Shown here: in pieces, positions 1 through 27,224 of the stretch
Layout: each line of letters opens with the position of its first letter
How positions within the stretch are numbered: the stretch's first letter is position 1
Origin: Amoebidium appalachense
Lineage: Eukaryota; Protista; Ichthyosporea
Direction of reading: 5' to 3'
Assembly: GCA_963693365.1 (NCBI GenBank)
Contig: CAVNZM010000013.1
Location: 5,756,640-5,820,639 of the forward strand
DNA: 64,000 nucleotides
Notes under the pieces: model-generated
Seen by the model: only the letters and a program-made list of their open reading frames with translations
Databases searched by the model: none
Told to the model about the DNA's origin: nothing
Program-made: the position numbers and the translations under genes

Positions 1-149
1 CCTCCCCCCCCCCCCCCCCCCCTTCGCCTCCCCCTGCTGCCCAAACACACACACACACACTGTCACCATAAATAACACACGCACAAGCATAATTATACCG
101 CTGTGTTGCCATCAAATCGTACATGCTTGGCATGGCCGGGTGGCGGGGG

Positions 150-204
<55 letters not shown>

Positions 205-285
205 GAGAGAAACTTTGAGTGAGAGAGGGAGAGAGAGAGAGAGGGAGAGAGAGAGAAAGAGAGAGAGAGGGAGAGAGAGAGAGCC

Positions 286-407
<122 letters not shown>

Positions 408-536
408 AGACTAGAGGGAGAGAGAGAGAGGGGGCTGAAGGGGATGGGTGTGTGGGGGGGGGGGGGGGGGGGGGGGGGGGAGACATGTACATTCACAGAC
501 AGAGAGAGAGGGGGGGGGGGGGGGGGGGGGGGGGGG

Positions 537-939
537 TTTGAATGCGGAACACAGTACGAAGTACGCATACACGATGAGAAGCATGGTGCAGGACACATGC
601 AAAGGCAAACATTCAAGTATGCAGCATCAGCCATGCGCACAGTATGCGTCATAAGCAGAGCCCATCCTCAGGGAGGGCTCAAGTCATCAATTGCGTCTGA
701 GTTTCGACCCCTTAGCCCGCGTATATACGACGCTCCAACTCAGACAGCAGCATCAACTGAACTTGGGTGGGTCAACCCGTCTTGATCAAAGACGAGCAGG
801 GTTGCTTATGCAAGCAAGGTGAGCAAAACGGTGAAGATGTGTGTGCAAACTAATGCAGTGCAGCGACAAACGCGTATGTGCTTACAGATGCACGACACAG
901 AGCAACCATGCCCGGTTGCATGGAAGTAAAGATGTGTCC
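537..939 (-). mobile_element. Penelope-like retroelement 3' fragment, subfamily B, with complete structured-RNA domain (651-809)
   Basis: Minus strand ends ...CCGCATTCAAA followed by poly-C, and G-tracts flank both ends on the + strand. The 3' ~110 nt are near-identical to 31497-31606. The structured domain is collinear with 27673-27825. Confidence 0.8.
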
Positions 940-1178
940 GGGGGGGGGGGGGGGGGGGGGGGAGGGGGGGGGAGAGAGAGAGAGAGAGAGAGAGAGAGCC
1001 TGTGGGGAAGGGGGAGAGGGGGAGGGGAATGGGTGGCCGTAACAGCTCCATTTTGAATATGATAATGATCATCATGTTCGAACTCAGATTCTTCAATGAA
1101 CTATGATACCGTACTGATGAGGTTTGGTGGTAAGACAAGATCCGACGCGTGGCATGCTGCATGTACACGTGTGTGTGT

Positions 1179-1214
<36 letters not shown>

Positions 1215-1377
1215 GTGTGTGTGTATTTGTGTGTGTGTGTGGTGGGGGGGGGGGGGGGGGGGGTGTCTGTGGGTGGGTGGTTGTGCATAGATTGGGGCGG
1301 GGCCGCGGGGGGAGGGGGGGGGAGGGGGACTGGACCCCTGGGCCCTCGGTCCGGGGGAAAGGGGGGCGGGGGCGGGA

Positions 1378-1409
<32 letters not shown>

Positions 1410-2092
1410 GGGGCGGAGGGGGGGGAGGGGGGGAGGGGGGGATAATGCGCTGCCGACACAGGCCGAATTATATTAGGAACTTACAGCAAAAGGGCTGAAG
1501 AGCCAACGGCAATCGTTTGCAGCCGCCAGGGAGTTTTCCACAAACGGAAGGGCAGGATTTATGATTGCAGACGGAGTAAGTACTATCCCCTTGGACTCAT
1601 GATCTGAGGTGCAGGTGCAGTGGGAGCATGTCAGCAATTGATTACCCGTGGTTGGATCTCTCAGACTGCCTACTTGTACTCCAGCCCAGCCGGCACGGGG
1701 CTCGGTTGTTGTATATAGTGCTGGTGATGACGGTGTTGACCGGGGGCATTGTCAAAGCCTTAGGTCTAAGGCAAGCAAGTGTACACTTTTTATCACAACG
1801 GGAATGTGATGATCTTTGTAGTCGTAGGATGAACATGGTACCGTTTTTGCTCCACAAATCAGATTTGCGCGTGAGCTCGAGACTCGTCTGATAGCGCTAA
1901 CTTTGAGCATCATTTCACACACCGTTTGGGGATATCTTTAAGTAACAGTTCCAGTACTCTGCCCACACACTATAACTAAATTTCCCTGCTACCTGTTCAG
2001 CACCAGGCATGGAATGCATGAAGGAGTCATGATGGGGATGGGTGCAAGTAGCGACCCAGGGTGGGACTATGTGGACTGTATGTACATATGCA

Positions 2093-2210
2093 ACGCCGGG
2101 CCGCCTCCCGTGCACACAGCTCGCGGGCAGCCTCCAGCAGCTGCCCAACCAGCTGTGCATTTGCGGCGCCCAGCGCCTCCGTGGCGGCCACAAGGTCGCT
2201 GACAGGCCAT
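2093..2210 (-). pseudogene. Truncated N-terminal fragment of a paralogue of the BTB gene (PVSDLVAATEALGAANAQLVGQLLEAARELCAREAARR)
   Basis: 2172-2207 matches 4599-4634 at 35/36 nt. It is preceded by ATG with one extra G and encodes a coiled-coil-like peptide that then breaks off. Confidence 0.5.
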
Positions 2211-2276
2211 GGCCCCACCATGCAGAACTACCCAGATTCACACGTACATCTGTTAAATCTTCCACTTCTACCATAC

Positions 2277-4636
2277 CTGGCGCAGGAAACCTCAACGGAT
2301 ATGCGCACAGGCCACGGTCTGTGAGTGTCACAAACATGTCCCCATTGCAAAAGGTGTTTATACCACCCACACATTCCAACTTGGTTGGTTCAACAAGGAC
2401 GGAGCCATCGTCACCCCACGCCTGAAAAATCACTCCATCCCGCCCGTTGCGAGTTTGAAAATCATCCACAATCGTCCACAGTTGCTTGCCCTTTAGCCAA
2501 TATTCAGGCATAGAGTCCTCCTCCCCCTCCACCCTATACAACTCTTCGCCATCAGCCAGGTCACACACAACAAACTCACCTCCGTCAACGTACACGAATG
2601 CCTCCCGCTCTGGTTCGTACACCCGCTAAAAGACCCGCCGTTCAACGACTCATCATCCACTCGCTCCCATAGCACCGCGCCTGTCTCGATGCTCCATGCA
2701 CACATGTGGTCGTCCGTCAGAAACACAATCAGAGTCTCCCCGTTTGCAATGGTATATGTGGCCGTCTCGTCTGCATCCTCCAGTGTTATTTCGCGAATCT
2801 TAGACCCGTCCTGGGAGTTGTAAAAAACCGCTGTCTCAATCCCGTCCCCGTTTTATAAAGGCCAAAAATTACTCGGGCAGTGTCAGTTGTGCCACGCAGA
2901 CTCAAGTGCAAAACCAATTTGCCGTGTTGCGTATCTTTTTTCGGCCAGGTGCATATGTTCTGCCCCGTAACTGAGTCCCACAAAATAGCCGTGGCTTCAG
3001 GGTCCTTCATGTTACTGGTCAGTAAACGGTTGGAACAAACATACAACATGGTGTCGCTGGCGAATGTGTGGTCGAGCGTTACTCTTCGTACATTTCCAGC
3101 ATAAAACTCCAACAGAGAGGCAGAGGGTTTGTCGGACTCAACCGGCCAGGGCAGACCATAAAACATAAACTCATCGTGAAGACGGTCTCTTTCGTTTTCG
3201 TCGGCCGGGAGCAGGGGGCGGTCACCGGGCGTGCGCACGTAGTCGAGCACATACTCGAACAGCAGGGGCGAGCGGTCGACAAACACCGTGCCGTCGGGGC
3301 GGGTCTGGATGGTGTGGCGGCCGCTGAACCAGGCGGCCAGCATGGACCCGGGCACGGCACACAGCCTGCGGCGGGTGGTGTGGAAATGGCGGCCACCCAC
3401 GTCCAGCACTATGACGTCACTGGCCTGCACCCCCTGCTGCCGCACAGACTCACACTCGGCCTGGAACCGCTGCCTGCAGCCGGAGAGACACCGTCAGCCC
3501 TTGGGGCTTGCAGCATTAAGGTGATATTATAGTCTAACCGCCTTCTAACTCTGAATGCCGTGACAGGCAGGTGGAGGGACAGAGGGATAGTCTAACGCGC
3601 ATGTGTGTGCAAGTGCATGTGTGTGTAAACGCGCGTGCGGGCATGTCTGTAGTGTATGTCTGTGTGTGTGCATGTGTTTGTGTGCTTGCGTGTATGCGCA
3701 CACTAGTGCATTACATAACACTTTGATGGTTTGTGTGTAAGCGTCCATATCTTGGTGCACCACGTGTGCAGGGGAACCTAAAAGAAGGGCAAGAAGGGCA
3801 AGGCGGGGGTGAGTGGATGAGTGGGTGGGTGGGTGGGTGGTGGAGGGGGGTTGGGGGGGAGGGGGGGGGGGGCGGGGGGCGGCGCTAAGAGAGAGAGGCA
3901 AATAAGCAAAGTGGTTGAGGGGGGAGAGAGAGAGGGAAAGAAACAAAAAGAGGTAGAGCGTGTGCACGCGTCTGTGTCTGTGCGTCTGTGTTTGTGCGTG
4001 TGTGCGTGTGTGTGCCTGTGCGTGTTTCTGTTTGTGAGTGTGTGTGTGCGCGTGACGAAAGTAAAAAAGACCAAAAGCTTGGAAAAAGGGTGGAAATGTG
4101 GGAACTGGGGGAGGGGGTGAGGAAGGGGGGGGGGGGGGGGGGGGGTGAAAGCATGCAGAGAGTATTGGTGGTATAGAGGATACACCAAAAGACCTGCAAA
4201 AAAACGTCGGAAAAATAGAATTAATGAAATAGGCGTGTATGAGACACTTGAACAGAATCCATCGTCAGGGGGAGCGCCCATGCCTCCACAAAAGAGTGGG
4301 TTTAAACTCTATAACCATCCACGCATGGTTCCCAAACCTTCCTTGTTTTCAACAGCAATAGGGGGGTCGACCCATCTTGGCAAAAGATAAGCATATTTTT
4401 TTATAGCAGCCTTCAAAATATGCAAAACCTAGAGTACTTGCAAGCAGAAATAGACAAAGAAAACCCAGGCAGAAAAGTAGAAAAGAGGCCGGGCTCCCTC
4501 AAAGCCCTCGAACCCTATATCTATAGGAAAGGGAGGGGGGGGGGGGGGGAGGGGGGGGGGGGGCAAGGGAGTCACAAACCTGTCTTCTTCGAGCTTCAAG
4601 CGCCTCCGTGGCGGCCACAAGGTCGCCGACAGGCAT
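2277..4636 (-). CDS. KCTD-like BTB/POZ (T1) domain + PQQ/WD-like beta-propeller protein; two single-base frameshifts, possibly a pseudogene
   Basis: The ORF 2786-3445 carries a T1-BTB signature (VIVLDVGGRHFHTTRRRL...SMLAAWFSGR...VFVDRSPLLFEYVLDYVR...DEFMFYGL). It continues across frameshifts near 2852 and 2623 into propeller-like repeats (AWSIETGAVLWE, VCDLADGEELYR). Putative first exon MPVGDLVAATEAL.. at 4636-4580, acceptor near 3473, putative donor CAG|GTATGG near 2277. Ends are uncertain. Confidence 0.6.
4146..4527 (-). mobile_element. Diverged member (subfamily D) of the same poly-C-anchored retroelement family
   Basis: Lies between G-tracts. Minus strand reads CTTATCT..AGATGGG-TC-GACCC...TTGGG-AACCAT..ATGGTT...CCC-CTGACGA-T-GGATTC-TG, collinear with the A/B structured domain but partly decayed (GAAA reads TAAA). 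Confidence 0.6.
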
Positions 4637-6310
4637 TGCGGTGGGCTGTTGTGACGGCAAGGAAAGAGAATGAGAGACAGGTAGAGTGAGGGAAGAGAGG
4701 GATCCCTATGTGTGTATGCGTTCTAAATTTAGTGCCTGTCTCGAGAACAGTGTGTACCGAAGTGTCAGAAAGCTTAAGGTGCCAAGACCAAAGTGTGCTG
4801 CAGGTCGGAGCGTTTTTGGGTTTTGCCCTTTCGGTTTCCCCCGCCAAAATTATGGATTTGCGTAAATTGCATTCGAGATCTACAACGGTTCCGAACCAAG
4901 GGAGTTTCACGCCACACGCTCAAAAACACATCCAGGCCAAATAATTTGCCATCCACGCAATAAAAAGTGTGTAAACCTTGCCATCCAACGAGGTAGGTCT
5001 ATACGAAGGAAGCCCTAGGTATAGGGAGATCGGATGATAACCGGCTAATTTACAAAAATAAAAAACATAAACCACCAACCTCCCCTCCCTGCCACCTATT
5101 GGCTAATCCCGTTTTCATCACAAGCCATCAAGCCGGCACAACACCACTATGCCGGGAGATCATGTGCCGACAGTGGAGGTGGGGGAAAGGGCCGTGGCTA
5201 CATTGACTTCTGCTGGTGAGGTTACAGTGTTCACAGGGCACCATGAGAAATCTAGGAAACGCAGGAGGGTAGATTATAGATTTTTATGCTAACTACTATA
5301 GAGTTAGGTTAAATGTTTTAGTCTAAGAGGCAACCTTATGAAATGTTTCAGTGATATATTGTAGATCACCCGTTCACGGTGTGTGTTGGTGTGTCTTATT
5401 AGTAAAGGTAATGTTTCAACGTGCACAGTGCATTATTTGGTGTTTCAAGTGTTGTTGGCTTCCCGTTTACATAGGAGCTGGATAGTATTGGGTTTACACT
5501 GTTTACTCGGGATAGTATTATTTATAATTACTACATCTGCATCTGGTAAATCTGATCTTCATTTTCCTGTGAAGTGGTAATGGGTGTTAAATTTCTTTTG
5601 CTGGCAGTAAATTTAAAATTCATAAAAATGGTTTCCAGCAGACATCAATATCAGCATACACGGCACCTGTGATGGGTAGGGGTGTGGGGTGGCCAGGGAA
5701 CGTGCTGTAACACTAACCAAAATAAGTTAACCACAGACTTAACGGTTTGTATTAACTGTACGCGTCCCAGATTGTCATGCAGGGCTAGAAAGTATTTGAT
5801 TTCAATTTTAATATAGTTGTTGGGCAACTGTAGTGCGCAATAACTTGCATGCAATTGCAATTTCATAGTGTATATCTACTTTATATTGTTCCTCTTAAAT
5901 TGGCTGGGTACCAGCCCCAACGCACACCTTGCATCATATTGGGCCACGATGAAATTTTATGTCGTGCGGCTTTGCCACCATTTGGGTGCAGCTCATGCAT
6001 GTAGCATAGGTCAAAAAGCCACTTAGGTGGGATGGTGTGTGTGTGCTTCTTGTGCCTGTACATGTGTGTGCGAGTGCTTATAAATACTTATATTTCGAAC
6101 TTGCATGTACCATGTTTGCGGATTTATAAGCTACATCACATGTACAGGAAGTTGTTTGCAGTCACTTAAACCCCCCCCCCCCCCCCCCCCGGGGTCCTCC
6201 TCCTCCCCAACAACTACCCCCCCCTCCGAATCCTGCTCTACCTCTAAAAAGTTTTACTCAATCCCCGACAACCACTACGATGACCATTTCGCAAGGGATT
6301 CTTTAAAATG

Positions 6311-6342
<32 letters not shown>

Positions 6343-6558
6343 GGGGGGGGGGGGGATGGGAGGGGGGGGGACATCAACCTCGATCAAGAAAAACCTAATG
6401 AAGCTTATGAATGCAACATACATGCATGACACGCTAAGCCTTCAAGATTCATATGTGCATCTCCACACAAATATATACGTATGTATTTTGTAGAAGAACA
6501 GAAGCTTTAAATCCGCTTAACGGTATTGTATCAGATGTAGATATCTGCAACAAAAAGT

Positions 6559-22181
<15,623 letters not shown>

Positions 22182-22683
22182 CTTCGCTGACTACAGTAAA
22201 CGATGCAGAGCCTAAGAGACTGACACCATTAGACAAAGTGAATCTGCATCTGCAGAAAGAATGGTATAAATGAGGGAATGTTATAAACATCGGTATAAAT
22301 GAGGGAATGTTATAAACATCGGATCTAGATCTCATAGCCATCAGTTTCCAGTTCAAAAAGTACTTGGCCCAAAACGGTGTGCTTTGCAAACTGGCGGCGT
22401 CAGCTGTCTCAGCTGCAGTGAGCCTCACAACTACGTAACACCCCCTACACTAAATATAGCATCATAAATCCCTCTGTTTCCACAAATAGCCTCTTGGCCC
22501 ACCGAAATTTTGGCGCCTACTTTTGTGTTGGCCAACCCCCGGCGGCCATCAACCTTCACATGCCACTCAGTGCACACGTGCACACACGAAAACCAGGAAA
22601 CTTTCATGCTTAGCTATAGGAAAGATCGTGCACGACCCAAGGAATTTTCGGCAACGCGTGAAGGATTATAGTCTGGTTAGAGA
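22182..22683. promoter_or_regulatory. Bidirectional promoter region between DDX42 and RRP1, with a 29-bp tandem duplication
   Basis: Start codons are head-to-head, ~500 bp apart, and the region is microsatellite-free. GGTATAAATGAGGGAATGTTATAAACATC occurs twice (22263-22291, 22292-22320). Confidence 0.6.
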
Positions 22684-23530
22684 ATGGGAAAGAGAAAGCA
22701 CGCAGAGCAGGGCGGGGGCCCTGCGAAGAAGCCAGCTGTCGCTAAGACAAACAGCCCAAATGAAGCAGTAGCAAATTCTGATGATGAGAAGAAAGAGCAG
22801 CTGCAACAACAGAAAGAAATCACGTTTGGGAAAAAGCTGGCGCACGCCGATAAGGCAACACGGGACAAAGGTGTTAAGAAGTTGAAGGCGTGGCTAGGGC
22901 GTCAGGCAAACTTGAGTGACCTGGACAACAGGAAAATCTGGAAGGGTTTGTTTTATTGCATGTGGATGTCTGACAAGCCGCTTGTTCAGGAGGAGCTCGC
23001 CGAAAACTTGGTGAGTTGGTGGGGGAGGTTTATTTGTGGATTCTGTAATCTGGTTGAAAACGGGGGGAGGGGGGGGGGGGGGGGGGGGGGGGGCGGGGGG
23101 TGACAATGTTGTTACAAGGACTGAAGATTGTGATCATAGATCCAACTGGACTTCTGTGTGGAGGGTTCAAACGTTTATGGGGGTTGAGCTATAGGGGTCT
23201 TGTTGTGTTATAGGTTTCAAGTGACCAAAAGTGACCACTTTAATGCAAAATCTCCTTTCTACAACATCGAACATTTTCTAACTTTTCCTGGGCTGCAGTC
23301 GGATCTGGTGTTGGCACTGCCATCGGAGGATGCTTCTTTGCGCTTTATCCGGGCGTTTTTTGATGTTATGGGGAAGGAGTGGCACGGCATTGACAGATTG
23401 CGGCTGGATAAATTCTACATGCTTGTTCGCAAGTTTCTTAACAAGGTCTTTGCCCTTGTGGCAAAGTTGGGCTGGAACACTAGGTAAGGGGTGGGGAGGA
23501 GTTGTGTAATTCTGAGCGAGCAGTAAGGGG

Positions 23531-23574
<44 letters not shown>

Positions 23575-23767
23575 CCACGGGCCGCACATGTGCACGCGCA
23601 CACACACACGAACACACACACGCTTAAACACGGTAAGGGGAGGGGTGGAGACGTTCACTTCTAAGGAAGCATTTAGCGGCCACACACACAGACGCAGACA
23701 ACCACAGGCAGCACACTTACACGCACGTTCATCGGTGAACATAACAGATGGACGTGCAAGGTGTAAA

Positions 23768-23805
<38 letters not shown>

Positions 23806-26472
23806 CAAACACCCAGAAGGTTCCAACACCTTACTTTAAAAACAGCCGTGATGAGTTGTTCACATAAAAACAAGCATACGTCAAAGCTAGATGAAAACAT
23901 CTCCTTGCACGTTCTACATATCCCCGCGGATTGGTGCTTCCAGAAACAGTTGGTGACCAGGAGGAAAAGCTAAAAGGGAGTAGGCATTACAGTCCATACA
24001 GAGGGTCGATGAAGTGGTGGGTGGGAGCTCTGGAGATATTGGGGAGGGGAGTAAGGGGGCAGGATGGATAGGGTGGGGATTAGCGGGTGGTTGGGGTAGG
24101 AGGGGTGGGGGGGAGTTGCTGAAAGGTTTCCTTGCTTTTGTCCATTCCACTGTGTTCTTGTTGTGACCCATCCCCTCATCCCTCCCCCCAACACACACAC
24201 ACACACAGCAACATTGACAAGCTGGTGGGGATTTTGGCGGAGGGGCCCCTTCAGCCCAACAGCGAGTACCCCAAGGGGCTGCTGTGGTATATCTGCGAGC
24301 AGTATGTGCCCATGTTGGTGCCCGTCGTCAAGGGTATGTGTCTTTTTGCTCGTCTAATATTTGTTTGGGTTTTTTTTTGTCGGGGGAAGGGTGTTAAGGG
24401 AGGGAAGGGGGGGGGGGGGGGGGGATGGTTTCTTGGGCTGGGTGTTGTCTTTTTGGGTGTGGGGAGATATGCGCTTGGGTGGTAGGTGTGGGCTTGTGGT
24501 AGTTTTTGGGAGCTCTTGGCATGCTCGTGGATGGACTTTCTTTAGGTGGGGAGGGGGGTGGAGGTTGTGGTTGCGGGGGGGGGGGGGGGGGGGGGGATCG
24601 GTGTGTGTGTGTGTACATGTGGGTGTTTTTTTTTTTTTAAGGGTGGGGAGGAGGGGGAAGGGTGGGGAGGAGGGGGAAGGGTGTTTGGGCGGGGGAGGGG
24701 GGAGGAGGCATGAATGTTTGATGCAACACGGGAAGAGAAACACATAAGAGGGAAGGGGAGGGGAGCAAAGGTCGTTGTAGTGGGGTCTTTGGGTTGGTTT
24801 TACTTCCCGTGTTTGAAGAAATCTTAGGACATGACTGTGAGCAGATGACGACAGCTTTTTGTCGGACCACCTCAACCTGCTCTTGGAGCCGTTCTGCAAC
24901 CTCATAGCCGCAGAGGGGGAGAAGGTCACCCAGCAGAAGGTAATCTTCAGGAATCCCATACTGGCAGCATACGTGCTATATGTAGTGTGTGGCCGTCGTG
25001 CCTGAGAGGTTTTGATGGGAGAAGAGATGTGGTGTTTGAAAAAGAAAAAAGCAAGTAGGTATCTAGTTGGACCAACGCGATATGGTTTGTTGGCGATGGA
25101 AGGGAGTTTTTTTTTTTTGGGGGGGGGGGGGGGGGGGGATTTGGGGGTTTGTTGGAGTTACTGGGGTGATTGCTGGTGGCTGTGTGTTGACATGCTGAAA
25201 GTTGGTTTTAAGCGTGACTTAAATTGATATGTGATTGAGGTGAGAAGAATGAGTGAACCCTTCACACACACACACACTCACTCACACTCACTGACACTGA
25301 CACATTTGGGTGGTGTTGGTGTGTGTGTGTTTTGAGGAATGGGCTGGCAGCGCCCGGGGGGGGGGGGGGAAGAGGGGAAGGTGGTGGGGAAGAGGGTGGG
25401 GGGTGGGGAGGGGGCAGGGGAGGGTGGGGCAAGGATGAGAGTGCATAAAGGGGTGCCGGGAGATGGTGATGGTGAGAGACTTGGATGCATGTCTGCTTGT
25501 CTGTGCGTGTAGTTGGATGTTTGTTGTACATGTGTGAGAAAAAGGGGAGAAGGATGGTCCCTAGGTGATTGTGGTGGGGGGGAGGGGGGAGGGGGGGATC
25601 GGAGAGGGGGCACTGTGCCCACACGGGTGGTGATGCACAGGTAGTTGAGGGGGTCTTTGAGCCTTTGGTGGCCAAGGAGAGAGAGCTGCTGCACAGCATG
25701 GAGACAGACACGGACGAGGAAAATGATGACGAGCCTGAGCTGGACATAGAGGTGTGTGGGTGTGGGTGTGGGTGTGGATTTGTGTAGGAGGGAGGATGGG
25801 GGGGGGGGGAGGGTGGGTAATGGGGGACGGAGACGGATTGGGGGCCTGGGGGAGGAGGTAATGGGTAATGGGGGACGGAGACGGATTGGGGGCCTGGGGG
25901 AGGAGGTAATGGGTAATGGGGGACGGAAGGCGAGTGGAGGGGCATGGGGATTTGGGGGGGGGGGGGGGGGGGACAATGAAAGGTGGGGGAGACGGGGTGG
26001 GTGGGTGGGTGAGGGGGGGGGGATGGGGGGGATGAGTAGGAGATAGGGCAAAGCAGTGTTCCTAGAGGTGGTCGTGTAGAACACAGCATGGGGTTGGGAT
26101 GGGTGGGGTCGATATTGAAGGGGCTCCAGGGGTAGGAGGCAGCGGGCAAGAGGGACCCCGGGGGAGAGGGGAGGGGGGAGGGGGGAGGGGGAATGGTTGT
26201 GCTACAGGGCCCGGTGTGTGAATGGCTTTTTGTTTGTGTGGATGAATGGTGGGTGGGGCACGTGTTTGAACCCGGAAGAGGGGGGGGGGGGGGGGGGGGG
26301 GTGAGTGCTCTAAAGTAGTGCTATGTTCTTATGCCTTTAATACACACACATGCCACCCACCCAGGTAAACATGCTCACATTTACTCGCCTACTCACTCAC
26401 ATGAAGTCATATTTTCATTCATGCACACTGTTCACATACATTCGCACACACTCGCAATACTCGCTCATCACT

Positions 26473-26509
<37 letters not shown>

Positions 26510-26684
26510 GATACAGGTGGACTGGTCGTACCTGTCAGAGTACATCAAGGGGCTAGCCAAGCGCAAGGACATTGAGGTTGAGAACCGGTCACGGCTGTAT
26601 GCTCTCAAGCGCACCCTGGACGATTTGCAGTCGGAGCTGCAGGAGTTTTTGAAACATGTCAACAATGTGTGTAACCCTCCTTCA

Positions 26685-26720
<36 letters not shown>

Positions 26721-26877
26721 CTGGCTTCTCTGTATAGTGAAAATATGTGTGCGCTTTTTCATGTTGAATGTCTTTCTCAACGTGTTGTTGTGCGAAATGG
26801 AGGACTCGATGTGATCTATGTTTGTGCGCACCACTTTTGTTGTCAACTTTCTTGACATCTTCCTTCCTCCCCGTCCA

Positions 26878-26920
<43 letters not shown>

Positions 26921-27146
26921 CCACCACCCCGGGTGGCCAATTCATTGCACACACAGGGAGAGACACACAGGCGGGCATGTTGCACACATTCAAGCACGGA
27001 CACGGTCCCACAAACAAGAGCACATTTCATCCGTTTCTTGTCCGAGCCATCAATAGCTATCCATAAACCCCCCTGCCCCCTCCTCTCCCCCCCCCCCCCT
27101 CCCCCCCCCCCCCCCCCCCTTGTTACCCGCCGGCGTAACATAACAG

Positions 27147-27224
<78 letters not shown>

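Noticed and set aside
1441-2090. Unique sequence after a G-tract as another retroelement copy or exons
   Set aside because: No family 3' end, core motifs or convincing coding signal found by eye.
2615-2860. Two frameshifts in the BTB-propeller gene as programmed frameshifting or proof of pseudogenisation
   Set aside because: Each is repaired by adding one base to a short homopolymer (AAAA, GGG), a typical long-read error. It cannot be decided without reads.
4700-6130. Microsatellite-free, AT-richer stretch as a transposon or viral insert
   Set aside because: No recognisable domain, TIR or second copy in the window. Left unannotated.
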